Source: Candidatus Aenigmatarchaeota archaeon
GTDB lineage: Archaea; Aenigmatarchaeota; Aenigmatarchaeia; CG10238-14; SCSR01
Length of the DNA: 41,132 bases
NCBI GenBank assembly: GCA_043818155.1
Contig: JBDRGB010000024.1
Span: forward strand, 1 to 41,132
Direction: 5' to 3'
Shown: positions 27,553-33,908 of the stretch, one piece after another
Layout: every line of letters begins with the position of its first letter
Position numbering within the stretch: position 1 is the stretch's first letter
Translations under genes and position numbers: made by a program
Notes under the pieces: generated by a model
Databases searched by the model: none
Seen by the model: only the letters and a program-made list of their open reading frames with translations
What the model was told of the DNA's origin: nothing

Positions 27553-27837
27553 ATGAAGATTTCAGAGATACAGAACGGGATGAGCAACATAGCGATCGAG
27601 GGGAAGATTATAGACGTCTCCGACCCGCGGGAGGTGAACACGCGCTACGGCCAGAAGCGCGTGGCCGACGCGACGCTCGAGGACGACAGCGGCACCATCA
27701 AGCTCAGCCTCTGGGAGGGGCAGATAGACAGCGTCAAGGTCGGCGACCGCATTTCGATATCAGGCGGCTACGTGACCGAGTTCCGCGACGCGATGCAGCT
27801 GAACCTCCCGCGCTCGGGCAAGCTGGACGTGCTGTAG
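27553..27837 (+). CDS. Single OB-fold nucleic-acid-binding protein (SSB/RPA-like)
   Basis: 94 aa. The pattern I.I.GKIIDVS.PREV.......RVADATLEDDSGTIKLSLW is typical of short archaeal OB-fold proteins. Confidence 0.62.
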   Translation: MKISEIQNGMSNIAIEGKIIDVSDPREVNTRYGQKRVADATLEDDSGTIKLSLWEGQIDSVKVGDRISISGGYVTEFRDAMQLNLPRSGKLDVL

Positions 27838-27848
27838 GCGGCGTGCCG

Positions 27849-27853
27849 TTTTT
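27849..27853 (+). terminator. Oligo-T tract after the OB-fold gene
   Basis: T5 lies 12 nt after the stop codon. Archaeal termination typically uses oligo-T. Confidence 0.3.
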
Positions 27854-27869
27854 CTGCGCAGCGGAACAC

Positions 27870-27877
27870 TTTAATAC
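27870..27877 (+). promoter_or_regulatory. TATA-like box for tRNA-Ser
   Basis: TTTAATAC is centred about 29 nt upstream of tRNA position 1 (27903). Confidence 0.4.
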
Positions 27878-27902
27878 TAGGCCAGACAACATTCCAAACA
27901 AT

Positions 27903-28060
27903 GCCGAGGTCGCATAACCAGGTAGTGCACCGGTCTTGAAAACCCGTTGATATGATGGCTTGACTCTGACGCCAAAAGCTGTGATGAGTAAGAGGTGAAT
28001 TGAGGGTTCGAGAGAACCGGCGGGCGCAAGCCCTTATGGGTTCAAATCCCATCCTCGGCG
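27903..28060 (+). tRNA. tRNA-Ser (anticodon UGA) with a 74-nt intron at the canonical 37/38 position
   Basis: Acceptor stem GCCGAGG/CCTCGGC with discriminator G. Anticodon stem CCGGT (27930-27934) pairs with ACCGG (28016-28020). Anticodon loop CTTGAA + A. Long variable arm CGGGCGCAAGCCCTT (type II). T-arm ATGGG-TTCAAAT-CCCAT. Intron 27941-28014. Confidence 0.85.
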
Positions 28061-28070
28061 CTCGATTGGA

Positions 28071-28517
28071 ATGGAAGACGGCAAACGGGAACGCAGGACG
28101 GTCAGGCTGGTCTCCTACGTGCTCCTTGAAAGGGACGGGCGGATACTTCTCGGCAGGCGCAGGAACGCGTTCGGCGCAGGCTGTTGGAGCATGCCCGCGG
28201 GCCACATCGAGCACGGCGAGAGCGTCATCGAGTGCGCAAGGCGGGAGCTGAAAGAAGAAACCGGCCTCGAAGCGGACTCGTTCGAGTTCGTCGCAGCGAA
28301 GCTGATACCGCCGTACGAGCTGAACGGCGCTATGGCCGGCGACTACGTCGCGTTCCTCGTGCGGCCGAAGGGATTGGACGGAGCGCCGGAGAACATGGAG
28401 CCGGACAAGAACGGGAGCTGGGAATGGTTCGACCCGGCCGCGCTGCCGGAGCCGCTGTTCCCGCCGGTTGCGCTGCTGCTGGAGTGCGCGAAGGTCGGCG
28501 TGCCTTTCCTGGACTGA
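28071..28517 (+). CDS. NUDIX hydrolase
   Basis: Nudix box GHIEHGESVIECARRELKEETGL (GX5EX7REUXEEXGU). Confidence 0.85.
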   Translation: MEDGKRERRTVRLVSYVLLERDGRILLGRRRNAFGAGCWSMPAGHIEHGESVIECARRELKEETGLEADSFEFVAAKLIPPYELNGAMAGDYVAFLVRPKGLDGAPENMEPDKNGSWEWFDPAALPEPLFPPVALLLECAKVGVPFLD

Positions 28518-28576
28518 GTCTCTCCCCCGCATGTTTTTAATACCGGAAAGTGAATCCTATTACAAGGAATGATTCG

Positions 28577-29203
28577 ATGGCGTGGGAGATTACCGAAACT
28601 TTGGCGCAGCCGCTGGACGCGTTCTTCAAGTCCGCGGTAGGCTTCCTGCCCAACCTGGGTTACTCGGTCATACTGCTCGCGATAGGATGGGCGCTGGGGA
28701 ACGTGGCAGGACGGTCGGCAAAGGCCATAATGGTTAGGTTCAAGCTCGAAAACTACCTCGCTAACAGGACGTCCATGTTCAAGCTCAGCGAGCTGGTCCC
28801 GATAATATTCGAGTGGACCGTATACCTCGCGTTCGTGCAGATGTCCGCGCAGGCTCTAGGAATAGCGGCGATAGCGGACTTCGTGAACGTCGTGGTAGGG
28901 TTCATACCCGGCGTGGCCGGGACCATAGCCATATTCGTGGTCGGCTACGTGTTCGCGGACTATGCGAGCGAGCAGATAGCGAAGGGCGGCGCAGGCTACT
29001 CGAAGGCGACGAGCAAGGTGCTGTTCTGGCTCATAATCTACGGCACGGCCGCAGTGTCGCTGCCGCTCGTGATGGTCAACACCATATCGGCCGGTACCAC
29101 GCTCACTCTGGCGCTCGTCGCGCTCGAGATGGGGCTGGCCATAGCCTTTGGGTTGGGACTGAAGGACGTGATCGCGAGCGCGGCCAAGTCGGGCAAGGGT
29201 TGA
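28577..29203 (+). CDS. Membrane protein with conserved-TM-helix repeats
   Basis: 4-5 TM segments. Resembles the 'conserved TM helix' repeat family by eye. The alternative GTG start is at 28550. Confidence 0.55.
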   Translation: MAWEITETLAQPLDAFFKSAVGFLPNLGYSVILLAIGWALGNVAGRSAKAIMVRFKLENYLANRTSMFKLSELVPIIFEWTVYLAFVQMSAQALGIAAIADFVNVVVGFIPGVAGTIAIFVVGYVFADYASEQIAKGGAGYSKATSKVLFWLIIYGTAAVSLPLVMVNTISAGTTLTLALVALEMGLAIAFGLGLKDVIASAAKSGKG

Positions 29204-29207
29204 AGGC

Positions 29208-29249
29208 CCCGGCATTAGATTCTTACCGCCGGGCACGTGTCCTTTTTTT
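29208..29249 (+). terminator. Hairpin plus T7 tract
   Basis: CCCGGC (29208-29213) pairs with GCCGGG (29228-29233). A T7 run follows at 29243-29249, after the membrane-protein stop. Confidence 0.5.
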
Positions 29250-29259
29250 AATTTTAAGT
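29250..29259 (+). promoter_or_regulatory. TATA-like box upstream of the interrupted tRNA-Gly(CCC)
   Basis: AATTTTAAGT is centred about 38 nt upstream of tRNA position 1 (29293). Confidence 0.3.
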
Positions 29260-29314
29260 AGCAGTATTTCCGTATTGTAGTTTAGCGATTGCGCGCCAGT
29301 GGTCTAGCCTGGTA

Positions 29315-30344
29315 GTAATATTTAAGTAAGACTAGTCGATACTATAAACCATGAATAAAAGAGGCATACTGATAGAAGGCAGGAGGATAAAATTTCTCCC
29401 AGAAAAACAAAGGTACTTCATAAAGTTGGTAAAATCTGAATCCGGATTGACATGGCTGCAACTGTCTAACTTTTTGGATGTCTCAACACACACAGTTAGA
29501 GTCGACTGGTTGACAGAAAAGTCGACACTCCCGGAAAGCCACTTCAATAAAATGATTACACTCATAAAATCGAAATCGAAACGAAAAATAATCGAAGAAA
29601 AATACGTCAAGAAAATTCTTCCAATGAGTTGGGGTAGAAGCTTGGGTGGAAAGAATTCTATAGAAAAAATTAGGAAAAGAAACATCCCAAATCCGTGTAA
29701 AGACATTTTTAAAAACGATGATTTTTCAGAGCTGGTTGGCATAATTCTCGGAGATGGATCTGTATCCAGAAAAGTCGTAGAAATAGACTTGGAAAATCCG
29801 TATGAGCTTGAGTACGCCGACACAATATCTAAGTTTTTCCATACGCTTTTCCAACTCAAAACAATCAGAAAGATAAAAAGTTCTGTAATAATATTGAGAG
29901 TTAATTCCATCGGACTTGTGGAGTTTTTGTCCAAAATTGGTATTAAGAGTGGGAATAAAACAAAAAACAACGTGGGTGTGCCAAGTTTCATAAAACGGGA
30001 CAAGTATTTGGCAAAAAGATGCCTACGCGGATTGGTGGATACGGACGGTGGCCTTTTTGCTAAGGATAAAAAATCCAAAAGGGCGTTTGTGGAATTTAAG
30101 AGCAAAACAACTAGGTTGAGAAGAGACTTTGATCGGATGGCAAACATGCTCGGATTTAGAACATCCCGGTCTGGAAAAATTGCCGTAAGAATCCAGAACC
30201 AAGACGACGTGATAAAATATATGAAAGAGATTGGAAGCAACAACCCAAAGATTAAACTTAAAATACATAATATCAATAAGTTTGGTGTAATCCCGACAAC
30301 ATCCAAAATAAAAGAGGCTATGCGTCAGTGATCCAATCTGGCCA
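29315..30344 (+). mobile_element. Intron-like insertion in the tRNA-Gly D-arm carrying a homing-endonuclease gene (boundaries +/- about 8 nt)
   Basis: About 35% GC against about 58-60% in the flanks. It contains only about 36 nt before and about 13 nt after the LAGLIDADG ORF. Both junctions carry D-loop-like YCTGG sequences, so the exact splice sites cannot be fixed by eye. Confidence 0.6.
29351..30331 (+). CDS. LAGLIDADG-family homing endonuclease (double-motif, with an N-terminal HTH-like domain)
   Basis: 326 aa. Two LAGLIDADG-type motifs, ELVGIILGDGSV and CLRGLVDTDGGLF, lie about 100 aa apart. K/N/I-rich, AT-rich codon usage unlike the host genes. Confidence 0.85.
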   Translation: MNKRGILIEGRRIKFLPEKQRYFIKLVKSESGLTWLQLSNFLDVSTHTVRVDWLTEKSTLPESHFNKMITLIKSKSKRKIIEEKYVKKILPMSWGRSLGGKNSIEKIRKRNIPNPCKDIFKNDDFSELVGIILGDGSVSRKVVEIDLENPYELEYADTISKFFHTLFQLKTIRKIKSSVIILRVNSIGLVEFLSKIGIKSGNKTKNNVGVPSFIKRDKYLAKRCLRGLVDTDGGLFAKDKKSKRAFVEFKSKTTRLRRDFDRMANMLGFRTSRSGKIAVRIQNQDDVIKYMKEIGSNNPKIKLKIHNINKFGVIPTTSKIKEAMRQ

Positions 30345-30422
30345 AGATGTCAGCTTCCCAAGGCAACGGAAACAGCTGAAAATCCGGGTTCAAATCCCGG
30401 CTGGCGCATTACATTTTTATCA

Positions 30423-31220
30423 TCATATCTTCAGGAGCAGGTTCCCTCTCTGCCAATCCCGTATTATCCTTAAAGAGGTCCTTACTTTGTCGATATCGCC
30501 GCCCTTGGAGAGGAAGTTCTTCTTCCTGCCTATCTCCAGGAGGATTTCCATGGCGTCGTCGGTTCCTACAGTCACGCCATATAATCTTTCCAGCCCCCGC
30601 CTGTCGTTGTCCAGGAACAGCTGTATTATCTTCATCGCTGCCAAATCGGGACTTTTCAGCTTTTCCGGGTCCATGACCGACATCATTGCCCGTTCCGCTT
30701 CGTCCTTGTCATCGAAGGGTATCACGCCGGGCGTGTCCAGAAACAATATATCGTCCCCGCCTGATATCCATTGCACACCCCTGGTCACTCCGGCCACGGG
30801 GGACGTCTTTGCGGCCGACCTGCCGGACAGGGCGTTTATGACCGACGACTTGCCGGTGTTTGGATAGCCGACCACGCCTACGTTTATTTTACCCCAGCGC
30901 CGGCGCTTTCTGGAAAGAATGAAAATCGCCTTCTTCAGGTCCGCGATGCCCGTCCGTTTCTTGCACGAGACGAAGACCGATTTTTTCGACATTGAATTCT
31001 TCAGGAAATCGTCCCTCATCCTTTTCGTTATCAGGTCGGCCTTGTTCAGAACTAGTATGAACGATTTCCCTTTCCGCAGGATCCTGTTCTCCACGATTCT
31101 GTTCCTGGTCAGGTACGGCATTCTGGCGTCCACGACTTCAAGTAGGACGTCTGACCGGTCGATGACGCTGTCCACGACCTTCCAGAAGTTACGCATGCTC
31201 ATACGATTCATATGATTCAT
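30423..31220 (-). CDS. Circularly permuted ribosome-biogenesis GTPase (YlqF/RbgA/YawG family)
   Basis: G4 (LVLNKADL) precedes G1 (GYPNTGKSS) and G3 (DTPG), which is the permuted G4-G1-G3 order. Confidence 0.85.
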   Translation of the reverse strand: MNHMNRMSMRNFWKVVDSVIDRSDVLLEVVDARMPYLTRNRIVENRILRKGKSFILVLNKADLITKRMRDDFLKNSMSKKSVFVSCKKRTGIADLKKAIFILSRKRRRWGKINVGVVGYPNTGKSSVINALSGRSAAKTSPVAGVTRGVQWISGGDDILFLDTPGVIPFDDKDEAERAMMSVMDPEKLKSPDLAAMKIIQLFLDNDRRGLERLYGVTVGTDDAMEILLEIGRKKNFLSKGGDIDKVRTSLRIIRDWQRGNLLLKI

Positions 31221-31261
31221 TCGGGATTTGGCGCTTATTTGGCTTTACGGGCGATGGCCGG

Positions 31262-31600
31262 AACCGATAGGGAAACTGGTTGGGTATGTGGTGCAGGGGC
31301 GCTAAGTCGCAGCGTGCGAATGTATTCGTATGGACGAATCCGAAGCCGCTTGGGAATCCAGGCCGCAGGAAGCGGACCGATAGGCCGGCGTCCCTGCATT
31401 ATACGGCATCACGGCAGGCCCCGTCACGAGCGGACCGATGGATTCGATTCCGGTCGTCGTCCAGCAACCGACCGTCCAAACGCTGGGCAACGCTCAATCC
31501 CCGGGCATCGTCTTCCCGGAACGCCATTTCCCGCCATTCGAAACGAAGACCGTCATGAAGAAGCTGTTCGGGCAGCTGTACTTTTTCCTCGGCGGGAAGC
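31262..31600 (+). ncRNA. Candidate structured non-coding RNA of uncertain identity (SRP RNA-like features are weak); strand and ends are uncertain
   Basis: About 410 nt gap, GC-rich, with no ORF showing genome-typical codon usage. Hairpin CGAA-TGTA-TTCG (31317-31328). GGACGAATCC (31332-31341) is complementary to GGATTCG..TCC (31440-31451). CCAGGCCGCAGGAAGCGG loosely resembles SRP helix-8 sequences. Confidence 0.25.
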
Positions 31601-31634
31601 CCCATTTAACTAATCCTTTCTTCATAGCTTTCTT

Positions 31635-32015
31635 ATGAGCGATGCCTGCCGAAGGGAGAACTGCATACAATGCTGCGTTGAGACCGAGATGCCGCTCTCC
31701 AAAGACGACCTGGAACGCCTGGAAGGCCTGGAGTTCAAGCGGAACGAGTTCGTCGTCGATGTCGGTGGTTGGATGCGGCTGAAGAATGCGGGCGGACGGT
31801 GCGTGTTCAACGACGGAAGCGAATGCAAGGTATACGACGACCGTCCGGAAGGCTGCAGTCTGTATCCCATAGTGTACAACGAAGACAAAGAGGACGCGGC
31901 GCTCGACAACGACTGCCCATTCAGCAACGAGTTCGCCATGGGGGAGGACGAAAAGCGGGAACTGCTCGAGCTCATCGGACGGCTGAAGAAGGAGCGCAAG
32001 GAAAGGTTCGGATGA
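31635..32015 (+). CDS. YkgJ-family (UPF0153, CxxCxxCC) cysteine-cluster protein
   Basis: N-terminal CRRENCIQCC cluster plus GGRCVF....C.VYDDRPEGC.LYP, characteristic of the family. Confidence 0.72.
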   Translation: MSDACRRENCIQCCVETEMPLSKDDLERLEGLEFKRNEFVVDVGGWMRLKNAGGRCVFNDGSECKVYDDRPEGCSLYPIVYNEDKEDAALDNDCPFSNEFAMGEDEKRELLELIGRLKKERKERFG

Positions 32016-32059
32016 GCGGAGGGCGACGCGTGCCCGACAGGACTGCGACCGGTGTTTGC

Positions 32060-32167
32060 ATGAAAAAGTGCGATTGGTGCGGCAAGGAAACGCCGTTCAC
32101 GAAGATAAAATTCAAGGGCAAGTTCTACTGTTCAGACGAGTGCATGAAACAAGGCGGTGGTGTTTAG
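32060..32167 (+). CDS. Small zinc-binding protein (TRASH/YHS-like, 35 aa)
   Basis: MKKCDWCGKETPFTKIKFKGKFYCSDECMKQGGGV has CxxC-x19-C-x3-C spacing. A longer form could start at ATG 32012, which overlaps the upstream stop (ATGA). Confidence 0.45.
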   Translation: MKKCDWCGKETPFTKIKFKGKFYCSDECMKQGGGV

Positions 32168-32192
32168 ACCTATCCTCGAAAACCTTATAAAA

Positions 32193-32227
32193 CCAGTGGA
32201 CTTTTCGTTAAGTTCCCGGCTGGCGCA
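32193..32227 (+). pseudogene. Truncated tRNA-Gly(CCC)-like fragment (acceptor/T-arm remnant)
   Basis: CCAGTGG matches tRNA positions 4-10. GTTAAGTTCCCGGCTGGCGCA matches the tRNA 3' end GTTCAAATCCCGGCTGGCGCA at 18/21 positions, and the last 13 nt are identical to 30396-30408. Same orientation as the tRNA. Confidence 0.5.
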
Positions 32228-32304
32228 CACGCTTCCTTGAATGCAGATTTAAAAACATATAAGCACTACAATTCTTAATAATCATTTGCAAAACAGGTGC
32301 GGGC

Positions 32305-32658
32305 ATGACACGACCTACTGGACCGACGAACGCGCACACGCGTCTGCTCATCGGCAGGCTCGAGAAGACGAAGGAACCTATATGGATGGACGTGGCGGCG
32401 AAACTGCGCAAGCCGAGGAGGATCAAGGCCGCTGTCAACGTGGTCGACCTGGAGAGGCACGCGCAGGCCGGAGAAACGGTCGTGGTGCCTGGCGTCGTGC
32501 TGTCGAACGGCGAGCTGACCAAGACGGTGCACGTGGCCGCGTGGCGGTTCAGCCCAGCCGCGGCTGCGAAGATAAAGAAGGCGAAAGGTAGCGCGATGAC
32601 CATCGACGAACTGCTCGCGAAGAACAAGTCAGGCTCGAAGGTAAGGATACTGGTCTGA
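32305..32658 (+). CDS. rpl18e: 50S ribosomal protein eL18
   Basis: 117 aa. PTN.HTR.LI..L and VVVPGVVL..GEL.K.V.VAA.RFS pattern. Precedes rpl13-rps9 as is usual in Archaea. Confidence 0.87.
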   Translation: MTRPTGPTNAHTRLLIGRLEKTKEPIWMDVAAKLRKPRRIKAAVNVVDLERHAQAGETVVVPGVVLSNGELTKTVHVAAWRFSPAAAAKIKKAKGSAMTIDELLAKNKSGSKVRILV

Positions 32659-32691
32659 CAATTCCATACACATGACTCGGGTGCTATTTTC

Positions 32692-33123
32692 ATGGCGACC
32701 ATATACGACGCGGAGAACCAGATTCTCGGAAGGGCCGCAGCAGTGATAGCGAAACAGCTGCTCGAGGGCGAGGTCGTGGCGGTCGTGAACGTAGAGAAGG
32801 CCGTGATATCAGGCAGCCGCAAATACACCGTCAGCAACTACGACGAGAAGACGAGGCGTGGGGACCCGCACAAGGGCCCGTTCTTCCCGCGCACGCCGGA
32901 CGGCATATTCCGCCGCACGGTGCGGGGGATGCTGCCGATCAAGAAGCCGAAGGGCAGGGCGGCGTATAAGAGGCTGCGCGCGCATATAGGCATACCCGAG
33001 GAGCTTAACGGCAAGGCGTCGGAGTTCAGGAAGATCGCGGCCGCAGACGCGTCCACGCTCAAGACCGGCGGGATGACCCTAGGCGACCTTTCCGCCGCGC
33101 TCGGCGCTGCCAAGAGATGGTGA
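32692..33123 (+). CDS. rpl13: 50S ribosomal protein uL13
   Basis: IYDAENQILGRAAAVIAKQLL and RTVRGMLP motifs. Confidence 0.93.
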   Translation: MATIYDAENQILGRAAAVIAKQLLEGEVVAVVNVEKAVISGSRKYTVSNYDEKTRRGDPHKGPFFPRTPDGIFRRTVRGMLPIKKPKGRAAYKRLRAHIGIPEELNGKASEFRKIAAADASTLKTGGMTLGDLSAALGAAKRW

Positions 33124-33611
33124 AACGGAATATGGCGAAGGCTACTGCTAAAAGGACCTCGAAGAAGGCCGACGCGGCCGCTAAAGCTGCAGCGGCGAAG
33201 CAGGACAAAGGTTTCGTTTATGCGACAGGCAAGCGCAAGACAGCCGTGGCACGCGCATCGGTGAGGCCCGGCAAGGGCAGGCTGACGATAAACTCAAAGC
33301 CCCTCGACGTGTGGGGCATCGAAATCTTCCGGATGTGGATACGCGAGCCGCTCGTGCTGGCGGAGGAGGCCGCGGCCAAGGCCGACATCGACATAATCGT
33401 GCGCGGCGGCGGCATACCATCGCAGGCGGAGGCCATCCGCATCGCGATCGCGCGCGGCCTGGTGAAGCTGACGAATGACAGCGCGCTAAAGGAAAAGTTC
33501 CTAGGATACGACCGCGGGCTGCTGGTGTACGATTTCCGCCGCACGGAAGTGCACAAGCCGTCGCGCAGCAGGAAGGGCGCGCGCAGACACAAGCAGCGCT
33601 CGAAGAGATGA
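33117..33611 (+). CDS. rps9: 30S ribosomal protein uS9
   Basis: ATGKRKTAVARA...GGG...QAEAIR.AIARGL and C-terminal RRHKQRSKR. K/A-rich N-terminal extension. The alternative start is 33132. Confidence 0.93.
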   Translation: MVKRNMAKATAKRTSKKADAAAKAAAAKQDKGFVYATGKRKTAVARASVRPGKGRLTINSKPLDVWGIEIFRMWIREPLVLAEEAAAKADIDIIVRGGGIPSQAEAIRIAIARGLVKLTNDSALKEKFLGYDRGLLVYDFRRTEVHKPSRSRKGARRHKQRSKR

Positions 33612-33683
33612 GCGGGCATCAGGCGACGGCCAAAACTTAAGCTTAAATGGGGACAAAGTTAAAATAGGTCAAATCAAGGCGAA

Positions 33684-33884
33684 ATGGAAATGATGGTTCC
33701 TGTAAGATGCTTCACATGCGGCAATGTCATAGGCCAGGCGTGGGAAGAGTACAACCGGCGCGTGGACCAGGGCGAGGACCCCGCCAAGGTCATGACCGAG
33801 CTCGGATTGAAGCGGTACTGCTGCAGGCAGGTCTTCATCTCGAACGTCGACATGCTCAAGGAAATAAACCAGTTCAGGCCGTGA
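33684..33884 (+). CDS. rpoN: DNA-directed RNA polymerase subunit N (Rpo10)
   Basis: MVPVRCFTCGNVIG..WEEY and LGLKRYCCRQ signature. Confidence 0.92.
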   Translation: MEMMVPVRCFTCGNVIGQAWEEYNRRVDQGEDPAKVMTELGLKRYCCRQVFISNVDMLKEINQFRP

Positions 33885-33908
33885 ATCGGCTGCGCTGGCC
33901 AGCGGTGT

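Larger units (their letters stand above)
29293..30408 (+). tRNA. tRNA-Gly (anticodon CCC) interrupted by a ~1.03 kb ORF-bearing insertion in the D-arm and by a 13-nt intron at 37/38
   Basis: Acceptor stem: 5' strand GCGCCAG (29293-29299) pairs 7/7 with CTGGCGC (30401-30407), discriminator A. D-arm: stem GTCT (29302-29305) and loop AGCCTGGTA lie in the 5' piece, and stem strand AGAT (30345-30348) lies in the 3' piece. Anticodon arm: TCAGC (30350-30354) / GCTGA (30375-30379), loop TTCCCA..A, anticodon CCC at 30357-30359. T-arm: CCGGG-TTCAAAT-CCCGG (30384-30400). Confidence 0.75.

Noticed and set aside
27768-28532. A 254-aa minus-strand ORF spanning tRNA-Ser and the NUDIX gene.
   Set aside because: It overlaps a well-folded tRNA and lies antisense to a gene with a perfect Nudix box. 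Arg-rich shadow ORF.
29332-30306. A 324-aa minus-strand ORF almost co-extensive with the LAGLIDADG gene. This is surprising in a 35% GC segment.
   Set aside because: The sense strand is purine-rich and few pyrimidine-ending codons precede Tyr/His/Gln codons, which removes antisense stops. The product is just the hydrophobic mirror image (F/L/I/S-rich) of a K/E/N-rich protein. The LAGLIDADG motifs are on the plus strand. It remains mildly improbable by chance, roughly 1e-2 to 1e-3 by my rough estimate.
29315-30344. A group I intron as the vehicle for the LAGLIDADG ORF in the tRNA.
   Set aside because: Only about 36 nt upstream and about 13 nt downstream of the ORF are non-coding, which is too little for a group I ribozyme core. 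Group I introns are not known in Archaea. An archaeal endonuclease-spliced intron is the more economical reading, but it is unproven.
31358-31384. A firm call of SRP (7S) RNA based on CCAGGCCGCAGGAAGCGGACCGATAGG.
   Set aside because: The resemblance to helix 8 is loose. There is no GNAR tetraloop closed by a proper stem and no AGCA symmetric-loop motif, and the Alu-domain motifs are only approximate. It is kept only as a low-confidence candidate pending a covariance-model search.
31586-31594. A 9-nt match (TCCTCGGCG) to the 3' acceptor end of tRNA-Ser, considered as a second att-like repeat.
   Set aside because: A 9-mer match is expected by chance many times in 41 kb, and there is no extended similarity on either side.
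31212-31613. A 133-aa plus-strand ORF and a 68-aa minus-strand ORF (31399..31605) in the GTPase/YkgJ gap.
   Set aside because: The plus-strand ORF is Arg/Gly/Pro-rich with a non-protein-like composition. The minus-strand ORF uses T/A-ending codons that are atypical for this genome. The region is treated as non-coding instead.
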